This document shows, piece after piece, positions 22,756-31,752 of a DNA stretch of 32,000 bases (within the stretch, counting starts at the first letter, position 1; each line of letters begins with the position of its first letter). The notes beneath the pieces are model-generated. The model had not been told where the DNA came from, searched no databases, and was given only the letters and a program-made list of their open reading frames with translations. Both the position numbers and the translations under genes were made by a program. Source of the stretch: Corynebacterium glutamicum ATCC 13032 (GTDB taxonomy: Bacteria; Actinomycetota; Actinomycetes; Mycobacteriales; Mycobacteriaceae); NCBI RefSeq assembly GCF_000011325.1, contig NC_003450.3, positions 840,001-872,000 on the forward strand, given 5' to 3'.

Positions 22756-23391
22756 TTTGAACAGGTTGTTGGGGGTCTTTTTAACGTCCTCCAACTTGCC
22801 GCGGTTCTTTTCTAGTTTGGCCCAGAGTTCGTGGGGGATAGTTTTCTCGGCTTCACGGATGATGTCTTTGTCCGTGGTGCCCCAGGTAATTGGCATGGGG
22901 CTGATTTCATCCCAGTGGTCTTGGTCTTTGACGGTGCGTCGGCCGGTGATTGCGACGGATGGGATACGTTCGCCGAGGCGACGTTCGTGTGCTCCGACGC
23001 GAACGATCGTGCGGGTGGCCAATGCCCACTCTGGTTTGGCTTCGGGGTTCACATTGCGGTTGACGAGTGCCAGGAGGACCACATCGCGGGGGTTTACTTC
23101 TGCGATGATGGCGGGGGCTAGTTCGTAGTCATCGTAGAGCGTTTGTGCGTTGCCCATTTGGCGGGGGATCACAGGAATCATGATGAAGCTCAACAGGGCG
23201 AGGAAGACCATGACGATGGCGATCATCCACATCCACACTGCTCCGTTAGAAAACAGGTAGACGGCTACGGCTCCGCCGCCGAGGATGAGTCCAAGGCACA
23301 GTGCTGAGATCTGGAGTCGCTTTGCGTCGCGGAGGATTTCGTTGTTCTTCTTGGCGTAGGATTCGTCCACGTCGAAGGAGAAGTTGTGCAC
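22750..23391 (-). CDS. Small membrane protein, two TM helices (resembles what I recall as the actinobacterial DUF3239 family)
   Basis: I prefer the GTG at 23391, 1 nt after the helicase stop (TAAcGTG), giving 213 aa (VHNFSFDVDESYAKKNNEILRD...). The track ORF starting at 23550 would overlap the helicase gene by 158 nt. Confidence 0.55.
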   Translation of the reverse strand: MHNFSFDVDESYAKKNNEILRDAKRLQISALCLGLILGGGAVAVYLFSNGAVWMWMIAIVMVFLALLSFIMIPVIPRQMGNAQTLYDDYELAPAIIAEVNPRDVVLLALVNRNVNPEAKPEWALATRTIVRVGAHERRLGERIPSVAITGRRTVKDQDHWDEISPMPITWGTTDKDIIREAEKTIPHELWAKLEKNRGKLEDVKKTPNNLFKL

Positions 23392-23392
23392 G

Positions 23393-25066
23393 TTATAGCT
23401 CTTTCTTGGGTAGTGGGAAGAGGATGTCGTCGGCGTCGAGGATGCGGTATGCGTAGCCTTGTTCGGCGAGGAATCGCTGGCGGTGGGCTGCGTATTCGGT
23501 GTCGAGGGTGTCGCGGCTGACGATGGAGTAGAAGTGGGCTTCGCTGCCATCGTGCTTGGGTCGCAGGAGGCGGCCTAAGCGTTGGGCTTCTTCTTGTCGG
23601 CTGCCGAATGTTCCAGAGACCTGGATGGCTACGGATGCTTCGGGCAGGTCGATGGAGAAGTTCGCCACTTTGGAGACAACCAGTACGGAAAGCGAGCCGG
23701 AACGGAATTGATCAAAGAGGGCTTCACGCTTTTTGTTGGGCGTTTTGCCGTCGATGACTGGTGCGTTGAATTCTGCACCTAGTTCTTCCAACTGATCGAG
23801 GTATGCGCCGATGATCAGCGTGGGCTTACCAGCGTGCTCTTCGAGGAGTTTGCGCACCACGGCCACCTTAGTGTGGGCAGTGGCGGCTAGACGGTAACGA
23901 TCTGCCGACTCGGCAGTCGCGTACACCATGCGCTCAGCATCGGTCATGGTGGATCGGATTTCTACGCAGTCGGCGGTGGCGATGAACCCTTGGGACTCGA
24001 GGTCTTTCCATGGTGCGTCGTAACGCTTGGGGCCGATCAGGCTGAAGACATCGCCTTCTCGTCCGTCTTCGCGCACGAGGGTGGCAGTCAGTCCGAGGCG
24101 TCGCCTGGATTGCAGGTCGGAGGTCATGCGGAAAACGGGGGCGGGAAGAAGATGGACTTCGTCGTAAATAATTAAGCCCCAGTCGCGGGAATCAAAAAGC
24201 TCGAGAGCTTTGTATTCGCCTTTGGTACGCCTGGTGACTACTTGGTAGGTGGCGATGGTGACGGGTCGGATTTCTTTGCGTTCGCCGGAGTACTCACCGA
24301 TTTCGTCTTCGGTGAGTGTGGTGCGGCGAAGAAGTTCGTCTTTCCACTGTCGGCCGGCCACGGTGTTGGTGACAAGGATCAAGGTGGTTGCCTGTGCGCG
24401 AGCCATGGAGGCTGCACCGACCATGGTTTTACCCGCGCCACAAGGCAGCACGACTACGCCGGAACCGCCTTCCCAGAAGGAATCGGCTGCCATTTGCTGA
24501 TAATCGCGCAGCGACCAGTCTTCAAATTCAGTGGAGAGACCAATGGGGTGGGATTCACCGTCCACATATCCCGCGAGATCTTCCGCTGGCCAACCGACCT
24601 TGAGCAGTTCCTGCTTGAGGCGCCCGCGTTCTGACGGATGGACCACGATGGTTTCAGGATCCACTTGTGCGCCCAGCATGGGTTTGATCTTTTTGTGCCG
24701 GGAGATTTCCACCAGGATCGCAGGTTCGCCAGATTCAAGGATCAGCCCGTGTGCGGGGTGACGGTGCAGGCGCACACGTCCGTAGCGGGACATCGTCTCT
24801 GCGATGTCGATCAGGAGCGCTTGCGGAACGGGGAAGCGTGAAAAACGCTCCAGCATGTCCACGACTTGTTCGGCGTCGTGGCCTGCGGCGCGCGCGTTCC
24901 ACAACGCCAGAGGGGTGATGCGGTAGGTGTGAATATGCTCGGGTGCACGCTCGAGCTCTGCAAAAGGTGCTAGAGCTATGCGTGCTTCGCCTGCTTGGGG
25001 GTGATCTATTTCTAGCAGGACTGTCTTATCGGATTGGACGATTAAAGGTCCATCGCCAAAAGCCAC
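23393..25066 (-). CDS. XPB/ERCC3 (Ssl2/Rad25)-type superfamily 2 DNA helicase
   Basis: 557 aa. Walker A VLPCGAGKT, motif II IYDEVH, motif III LGLTATL, motif VI QRLGRLLR. It has an XPB-type N-terminal domain. GTG start preceded by AGGAGAAG. Confidence 0.9.
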   Translation of the reverse strand: MAFGDGPLIVQSDKTVLLEIDHPQAGEARIALAPFAELERAPEHIHTYRITPLALWNARAAGHDAEQVVDMLERFSRFPVPQALLIDIAETMSRYGRVRLHRHPAHGLILESGEPAILVEISRHKKIKPMLGAQVDPETIVVHPSERGRLKQELLKVGWPAEDLAGYVDGESHPIGLSTEFEDWSLRDYQQMAADSFWEGGSGVVVLPCGAGKTMVGAASMARAQATTLILVTNTVAGRQWKDELLRRTTLTEDEIGEYSGERKEIRPVTIATYQVVTRRTKGEYKALELFDSRDWGLIIYDEVHLLPAPVFRMTSDLQSRRRLGLTATLVREDGREGDVFSLIGPKRYDAPWKDLESQGFIATADCVEIRSTMTDAERMVYATAESADRYRLAATAHTKVAVVRKLLEEHAGKPTLIIGAYLDQLEELGAEFNAPVIDGKTPNKKREALFDQFRSGSLSVLVVSKVANFSIDLPEASVAIQVSGTFGSRQEEAQRLGRLLRPKHDGSEAHFYSIVSRDTLDTEYAAHRQRFLAEQGYAYRILDADDILFPLPKKEL

Positions 25067-25115
25067 GAAATGCTTCTCCTAACGAGGTTTAAACGTCCAT
25101 TATGTCACTTCTAGG

Positions 25116-27317
25116 CTAGTTATCCACTATTACTTCTGTGATCCTGTGCAACATGAAACGATGCACCGCACCTGTGGCTTCATCCACAGCGTCCACCTGC
25201 CCGGCGTTGACGGTTAAAGGCTTGACGACGCGGTGCACGGCCACGCCTTGCTTATCGACGAACCCCAACGTCACCGTGCGCTGCCCTCGCACTGCAGCCT
25301 GCAGCACCGAAAGAGTTGGCTGTGTGGAAACAGTTCCTTGAGATGCTGAATTTTCCCGTCGGATTGCTTTGACTGCTGCCTGTACCCGGCTTTCATCCAG
25401 TGCCGGAACAACTGGTGGTGGGGAAGCTGCGGGCACACGTGCAGGGGATGGCGAGATATTCAGACTTGCGCCTTCGCCGTCTTCTGCCACAGGTTGGAAC
25501 CCGGCAGCACGCAGCACAGTGATCACCTGAAGCAGGGGTGCTTGAGCAATCGCAACGGTGGGAGCGATCTGCCGAAGCGCCACATCGGCGCCCGCCTCCA
25601 CTGCGGAATGCAGCAAAGCGGGATCGTCGCTACGGATATAGGACAGTGCAGGGCCGCCTCGGAGGGTGCCGTGCTTTCTGGCGATATCGCTGAGCAAATA
25701 GCCCACAGATTGGGGCAGATCTGTCATGGAATGTTCTTTGAGAAACTCCAAGATTTCCGGGGTGGTGAGCCCAAGATCCAGAGCATGCCTGATGGATTTC
25801 TCGCTGAGTCGATACACCGAGGCCAAACCAGGTGATTCCAACGATGCGATCGAATCCATGGTTTTTTGCATCGCAGGGGTTAGTGGTCCTGGAACCATGA
25901 TGGTGAAATCGCCTTGCACGATGAAATTCTCCACCGGCGCAGGAGCCTTGATTACCTCCGTAGGGTTTTCGCCATCAATTAAGGCCTGACCCGCTGCGGT
26001 CACGCCTTGAGAATATGCTCCGATCCACTGGGCTTCCTGTACCAGCTGTGTGATGGTGTCAGGATTCATCCGACTCGCCGCAAGGGGATAATGGAATGCT
26101 AAATCCGCGTGCAGATTGTCCACTAAAACCCTAGATAAAGAGGACAGGATCTTCGCACGAGCATCAGGAAGCGAATCAATGATGCTTGTTTTACTGAGAA
26201 CATGGATCGGCTTGTCCTTATCATCAGCCCGACCCACCAACCACGGCGCGTAAGTTTGCTTCCACCAACCAGACATCAACGTGCCCAATTGGTGCGCCAG
26301 ATCATATTCCATCCATTCGTCAGCCAGCGGGGTGGGAGCGACGTAATCGCCGCCATCATCATCCATGGGCAATGGATCGGGCACGCCTTTACGGATTAGA
26401 CCGCTGGCCATACCCAAACTCAGTAGACGTGCCAGCTCGGTCTCATCAAGGTCTAATTCCTTGCTCAGGCGAGTCACCACGCGCACACCGAGGGCTCCGA
26501 CTTTCAGCGTGGGGGCGGGAACGTGGCTGAGGGCGTCGATAAGCAATCGCATGTGCCGCACCACCTCAAGGCCGGCTGCAATGCCGCCATCATTCGAACC
26601 TGGCGCCGCCGTGCGCGGAATTGGGCGCACCTGAGCGGGCAGCTGCTCGCGGCCCTCAATCACACGCCGCACCATCGCCGGCAGGCGCACGGTCTGCTCA
26701 TCCACGCGCGCCAACAACCCCGACGCCAGCAACTGCGGAATCGGCCGCGACGGATCCGCATCAGGCGCCGCATCGCGCGTCAGACCGAAGCCACCCGAGG
26801 CCGCAAGCGTGTGCAAAAGTTTGCGGTGCCTATCAGAAAGCTTATCGACGCTTTCCCTCACCTGTTCCTCACTCTGCCCGCGATCACTTACCTCCGGAAG
26901 CAACCGCCAATGAACAGGCAACGCAGGCATCGTCTCCTGAGCAATCATCAACTGGTCATCGCCATAAACCAACGCGAAATTTTTCAGCGTGGCAAGAGCC
27001 GCACCAATCGTGTCTTGCGCTGGAAGATCCTCTGCCAACGCCACATGCAAATATTCCACCACTTCGGGGGCAGTAACCGGGTGGAGTTCACCACCAAGGT
27101 TGGCCACGGCCTCCAACACACCAAGTTCCAACGCATTGAGTTTCAACACCGCGCGAATCGCAGACGCCCTCAGCTGTAAACGCGCAGCAAGAGAGGCCAA
27201 ATTAGGTGGTAAAGGGAGAACCGTATCGGGTCGATTTCTAAGGATTGTGGAGAGCTGATCATCACTTTGAGTATCCAACCACCCCTTGAGGGTGGGGATG
27301 GGGGAGTCTTTTTTCAT
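25116..27317 (-). CDS. XPB-associated protein with an XPB N-terminal-like domain (helicase-associated, no ATPase motifs seen)
   Basis: I prefer the ATG at 27317 (MKKDSPIPTLKGWLD), giving 733 aa. The longer ORF from 27422 would overlap the divergent small gene. It lies 49 nt upstream of the helicase on the same strand. See findings for the domain observations. Confidence 0.8.
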   Translation of the reverse strand: MKKDSPIPTLKGWLDTQSDDQLSTILRNRPDTVLPLPPNLASLAARLQLRASAIRAVLKLNALELGVLEAVANLGGELHPVTAPEVVEYLHVALAEDLPAQDTIGAALATLKNFALVYGDDQLMIAQETMPALPVHWRLLPEVSDRGQSEEQVRESVDKLSDRHRKLLHTLAASGGFGLTRDAAPDADPSRPIPQLLASGLLARVDEQTVRLPAMVRRVIEGREQLPAQVRPIPRTAAPGSNDGGIAAGLEVVRHMRLLIDALSHVPAPTLKVGALGVRVVTRLSKELDLDETELARLLSLGMASGLIRKGVPDPLPMDDDGGDYVAPTPLADEWMEYDLAHQLGTLMSGWWKQTYAPWLVGRADDKDKPIHVLSKTSIIDSLPDARAKILSSLSRVLVDNLHADLAFHYPLAASRMNPDTITQLVQEAQWIGAYSQGVTAAGQALIDGENPTEVIKAPAPVENFIVQGDFTIMVPGPLTPAMQKTMDSIASLESPGLASVYRLSEKSIRHALDLGLTTPEILEFLKEHSMTDLPQSVGYLLSDIARKHGTLRGGPALSYIRSDDPALLHSAVEAGADVALRQIAPTVAIAQAPLLQVITVLRAAGFQPVAEDGEGASLNISPSPARVPAASPPPVVPALDESRVQAAVKAIRRENSASQGTVSTQPTLSVLQAAVRGQRTVTLGFVDKQGVAVHRVVKPLTVNAGQVDAVDEATGAVHRFMLHRITEVIVDN

Positions 27318-27382
27318 GATGTTGTTAAGTTTAAGCCTTGTTGAGGTGACTTTTGTTCCCAGAGTTTGAAAGAATGTATGAC

Positions 27383-27574
27383 ATGGCAAACGTAGAGAAG
27401 AAGCACTTCGTCGATCCGGCATGGCCGGAGCACAATCCAGCTGACGGACACGTCGTTACTGAACTCATCTCCAAGGTCGCAGGCGCGTCCAGCCCATGGG
27501 GCGATGACAAGGAATTCCCAGTTTCTGCAGAAGAGACCGGATACGTTCACCCGTACACCCGGATCAACCGCTAA
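27383..27574 (+). CDS. Small acidic hypothetical protein (63 aa)
   Basis: ATG 27383 (MANVEKKHFVDPAWPEHNPADGHVVTELISK...). The ORF ends 8 nt before a strong terminator and is divergent from the helicase-partner gene. I cannot assign a family. Confidence 0.5.
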   Translation: MANVEKKHFVDPAWPEHNPADGHVVTELISKVAGASSPWGDDKEFPVSAEETGYVHPYTRINR

Positions 27575-27581
27575 GAAACTT

Positions 27582-27622
27582 AAAAAAGAGGCAACCCGTT
27601 TCGGCGGTGTTGCCTCTTTTTT
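27582..27622. terminator. Bidirectional rho-independent terminator
   Basis: aaaaaagaggcaac ... gttgcctctttttt, with A and T runs on opposite flanks. Confidence 0.7.
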
Positions 27623-27744
27623 CATGCGGTTTTTCTACTGGGCGTACTTTCGGCACCAAGGTTTCGGCAAAATGGTGGCCAAAATCAGGAAATCTTGGTG
27701 CCCAATTCACAAAAGGATGACTGGCGCGTCGTGAAATGGCATGC

Positions 27745-27783
27745 AAAAAGGGAGGGAACCCGTTTAAGGTTCCCTCCCTTTTA
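27745..27783. terminator. Bidirectional rho-independent terminator (terminates rpf1 on the minus strand)
   Basis: aaaaagggagggaacc-cgtttaa-ggttccctccctttt. Confidence 0.7.
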
Positions 27784-27799
27784 AAAAGTGCAGCTAGAT

Positions 27800-28632
<833 letters not shown>

Positions 28633-28835
28633 AGCCGGACTTGCAGATGAACTGTTGCGGTGCCTGGGATACACGGTAACCCGAAGGTCACGATTGTGTC
28701 ACGTTATTTACGAAATCTATATCAATCTGACTTTGGTGCGACCTTGAAGTCGCAGGTCATCCCGCCTGAATCATCGGGTGTGATTTATGTTACATATTTG
28801 GAATATTTCGGGTAGCGATGTAACTTTCCGGGAAA

Positions 28836-28864
28836 TTTTTACCGCGATGCTTGCGGTGTATAAT
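28836..28864 (+). promoter_or_regulatory. Candidate promoter of the cold-shock gene
   Basis: Perfect -10 hexamer TATAAT (28859-28864) preceded by GTG. The -35 region is poor. It would give a 5' UTR of about 65-70 nt. Confidence 0.3.
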
Positions 28865-28937
28865 AATTTCTTCTGGTCAAAAATAGTTGATCAATTTGAA
28901 TCAGCATATGAATTAGGAATGAAAGTGGTGAGGACAA

Positions 28938-29321
28938 GTGCCTGTCGGAACAGTGAAGTGGTACGACGCGGAGCGTGGTTTCGGCTTTGTCTCCAATCCA
29001 GGTGGTGAAGATTGCTTCGTAGGTAAGCAAGTACTTCCCAAGGGAGTCACCGAATTGCACAAGGGACAGCGAATCGATTTTGACTTCGCCGCAGGCCGTA
29101 AGGGCCCTCAAGCACTTCGAATAAAGATTCTTGAAACTCCACGCAGGCGTCCACAGCACAAATACAAGCCAGAAGAGCTCAACGGAATGATCTCTGACCT
29201 CATCACGCTTCTAGAAAGTGGAGTGCAACCAGGCCTTGCCAAAGGGCAATACCCGGAGCACAAAGCTGGAGCGCAGGTAGCAGAAATTCTTCGCGTTGTT
29301 GCGAAGGAGCTTGAGTCTTAA
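28938..29321 (+). CDS. cspB: Cold-shock domain protein, long form (CSD plus C-terminal extension)
   Basis: GTG start after GGTGAGGA. The N-terminal CSD reads GTVKWYDAERGFGFVS (RNP1-like). A C-terminal extension of about 60 aa gives 127 aa total. Confidence 0.85.
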   Translation: MPVGTVKWYDAERGFGFVSNPGGEDCFVGKQVLPKGVTELHKGQRIDFDFAAGRKGPQALRIKILETPRRRPQHKYKPEELNGMISDLITLLESGVQPGLAKGQYPEHKAGAQVAEILRVVAKELES

Positions 29322-29365
29322 AACAATAAGGAGAGGATCCGAAAACGGATCCTCTCCTTATTGTT
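29322..29365. terminator. Bidirectional terminator, 20-bp perfect palindrome
   Basis: aacaataaggagaggatccg-aaaa-cggatcctctccttattgtt, between the convergent cspB and the 29376..29903 gene. Confidence 0.7.
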
Positions 29366-29375
29366 TGTGAGTGAG

Positions 29376-29903
29376 TTACTCGTTCATCGTGGATAGCGAC
29401 CACGTGACGGTGTAAGGGCTTTCCTCACCATTTTCATCCTCACCGATCATCACAGCGGACACTTCCACTACGACCAGACGTGGGCGCTCCGCACCCTCTT
29501 CGGTTGGATCCACAGAACCAGGAACGGTTGCCTCGGTGGCGTCGTAACTGGTGTGGTAGAACTCGTCATTTGCAGCCGGATCATCATAAATGGTCAACAA
29601 GTACCAGTCATGATCATGAATTGCCTCTGGAATCGTCAGGTGCAACTCTTCATCAGCACCAACTTCCAGCGTTGGCACCTCGTTCTCTTCGCATTCAACA
29701 CCTGGTTCACACATGCTGAATGGGAATACCTCGATTTCACCAGCGGGAGAAGATGCTGAGATAGAGATCTCTTGGGGGAGTGGCTCTGGGCGATTGTTCC
29801 ACCATTGCTGGAACACCACAGACAAAATCACCACCAATAACACAGCAACGATAAGGCTGAGAATCTGAATGAGGTTTTTACGCTTGGTCTTCCGGCTTGC
29901 CAT
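29376..29903 (-). CDS. Membrane-anchored hypothetical protein (N-terminal TM helix, acidic extracytoplasmic domain)
   Basis: 175 aa. A basic N-terminus (MASRKTKRKN) is followed by a single hydrophobic helix. I am not confident of any family assignment. It lies 11 nt downstream of the cyclase gene on the same strand. Confidence 0.55.
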   Translation of the reverse strand: MASRKTKRKNLIQILSLIVAVLLVVILSVVFQQWWNNRPEPLPQEISISASSPAGEIEVFPFSMCEPGVECEENEVPTLEVGADEELHLTIPEAIHDHDWYLLTIYDDPAANDEFYHTSYDATEATVPGSVDPTEEGAERPRLVVVEVSAVMIGEDENGEESPYTVTWSLSTMNE

Positions 29904-29914
29904 GAGTCTTGATT

Positions 29915-30742
29915 CTAGTCAGCAGGGACGAATCTAACCTCATAGAGGTCAGGCCAACGCTTACCAGTGATATAAAAACGATCGGAATCCGGAATATGTG
30001 CAATGCCGTTGAGCACATTGTTTGTATCTGGTGTGGCGTTGTTAGGAATATTTGAGGCATCGATCACTGCGGTGACTTCGCCGGAGTTCGGATCGATTCG
30101 CATGATGTCTGTATCGAGGAAAATATTGGCATATACCTCGCCATCAACGCATTCGAGCTCATTGAGGTTCCCAACCGGAGAGCCGTCTAGTGTCACATCT
30201 ACAGTGCTGTTCTCTGCAAAGGTTTCCGGATCCCTAAAGGTGAGGGTGGAGCTTCCATCAGAGGTGATGAGGGCATCGTCAGTTGAGCAAATTCCCCACC
30301 CCTGGCCATTATATGAAACGCGATCTAACTCCTCGAGAGTATCTGCATCACGCTTGAAAGCGACACCTTCATTCCATGTCAGCTGCCAGATGGCATCACC
30401 AGACTTGGTGATGCCTTCACCGAAGAATTCTGGATCAAGCGATTGGGAAACAGATTCCTGGCCATCAACGGAGCTGCGATAGATTCGGGAACCACCGTAT
30501 TGGCCAGTTCCCACAATCAGCTCGTCGCCATCTAATTCCAACCCCTGAGTAAACGAGGTGGAATCAAAAGAGTGGGTGGAGATAATTTCTGGAACCAGAT
30601 GCTCAACGACAGCCTCTGAATCTGTTGGAGGAGTGGAACACGAAGCCAAAGGGAGGCTGGAGAGGATCGCTATGGATGCAAGCTTTTTCACAGCCCCGAG
30701 AATAACAGTCGAGCGACCTACACTTGCTGTGCAGTGCTCCAT
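29915..30742 (-). CDS. Glutaminyl-peptide cyclotransferase (beta-propeller, plant/bacterial type), probable lipoprotein
   Basis: FTQGLELDGDELIVGTGQYGGSRI, FGEGITKSGDAIWQLTW, LNELECVDGEVYANIF and NVLNGIAHIP..DRFYITGKRWP match the glutamine cyclotransferase family as I recall it. Lipobox LPLASC. An alternative GTG start at 30691 would remove the 25-nt overlap with the upstream gene. Confidence 0.7.
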   Translation of the reverse strand: MEHCTASVGRSTVILGAVKKLASIAILSSLPLASCSTPPTDSEAVVEHLVPEIISTHSFDSTSFTQGLELDGDELIVGTGQYGGSRIYRSSVDGQESVSQSLDPEFFGEGITKSGDAIWQLTWNEGVAFKRDADTLEELDRVSYNGQGWGICSTDDALITSDGSSTLTFRDPETFAENSTVDVTLDGSPVGNLNELECVDGEVYANIFLDTDIMRIDPNSGEVTAVIDASNIPNNATPDTNNVLNGIAHIPDSDRFYITGKRWPDLYEVRFVPAD

Positions 30743-31419
30743 AGGTAGTCATTGACTTCAGAAAACGTCGGCACGAAAGCTGCCACAGGTCGCGTTTCTG
30801 AGACTGGGAATTTGGAACCGTATTCGAGCCATGCAGCGACGCGACGGATGCCGGACAAAGAATCCACCAGCCACACTTCCGAAGAGCGCAAATCATTGAT
30901 GTTGAAGCCTTGCTCTCGAGGCTTTGCATTACAGCCTTGTTCCTGCAGGTAGGCAATGACCGTTGATTCCAGAACAGACGGCAGCGACCTGGGGTGCGTG
31001 GAATGAAACACGGTGTCGCCCTTAATCGCCAAGAGAGAGGCATTGATAGCCATGATCACCTGGCCGGACTCGTCGACAAGCAATCCATCATCGGCGCCCT
31101 GGCGGCGGCTGTTTGCGGTGGCCGTGTTCTGCCACGCGATATCGTGGCCTTTAATCTTTGGATGTAGGCGCTCATCGCGGTGGCCGTGGGTATCAAGGGT
31201 GACCAGTGAATTTAACTTGCGGGGCGGGCGCAGCTCGACGTTATAGTGGTTATTTTCAATCGTGACAGCTGCCTGAACACTGCCCGGAGCTTCACGCAAT
31301 TGAGTGATGATGCGATCATGGAACTGTGAAGCAGTAGGGGCTGCCGCCTCGAGGCGATCGATGTGGCCCTGAAGATTGCGGATGTGTCCGTCAACCATGA
31401 GAAAACTTGTGGTCACCAC
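30718..31419 (-). CDS. Aminotransferase class IV fold protein (aminodeoxychorismate lyase-like)
   Basis: 233 aa. VDGHIRNLQGHIDRL, HPKIKG (candidate PLP lysine) and ADDGLLVDESGQVIMAINASLLAIKGDTVFHS parallel the PabC/IlvE-family blocks. GTG start at 31419; ATG 31398 is an alternative. Confidence 0.5.
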   Translation of the reverse strand: MVTTSFLMVDGHIRNLQGHIDRLEAAAPTASQFHDRIITQLREAPGSVQAAVTIENNHYNVELRPPRKLNSLVTLDTHGHRDERLHPKIKGHDIAWQNTATANSRRQGADDGLLVDESGQVIMAINASLLAIKGDTVFHSTHPRSLPSVLESTVIAYLQEQGCNAKPREQGFNINDLRSSEVWLVDSLSGIRRVAAWLEYGSKFPVSETRPVAAFVPTFSEVNDYLWSTAQQV

Positions 31420-31752
31420 GACGTGTAGTTAGACCTTCCGGAATCGAAAAAGCTGGTGAAAGTGCATTTTATTTGAGATTATCACCCTACTAGCCAAACT
31501 GCGGATTTAGCGTGTCCACCCCTTGAGTTACAGTGTGGGCGTAGGTGAAATTGGTTTGGGCCACTGGGGTGGGTTTTTGGTGGGTTCATCACTTTTAGGC
31601 GGTGGACTTGCCCCATCTGGTAGGCAGATGGAAAAATTCTGTTGCGCTAAAGGTTTCAGCTAAAAGAAGAATCCTTGCTAGTGGAATCAGCTGAGTTTTC
31701 CACGAGTTTTCCAGCTTTCTCACAACTTGAATAGAAATTGAGGTATCCGGCA

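Noticed and set aside
26523-27179. 218-aa and 151-aa Arg/Pro-rich plus-strand ORFs
   Set aside because: They are antisense or out of frame relative to the XPB-partner gene, with the extreme R/P/H composition typical of wrong-frame translation of GC-rich coding DNA.
31420-31752. Searched the 330-nt leader of the purine permease for a purine (guanine/adenine) riboswitch
   Set aside because: I could not find the conserved purine-aptamer core (…UAUAAUCG…GGAUAUGGC…CUACCGGG…CCGUAAAU…). There are only generic GC-rich hairpins, so I make no claim.
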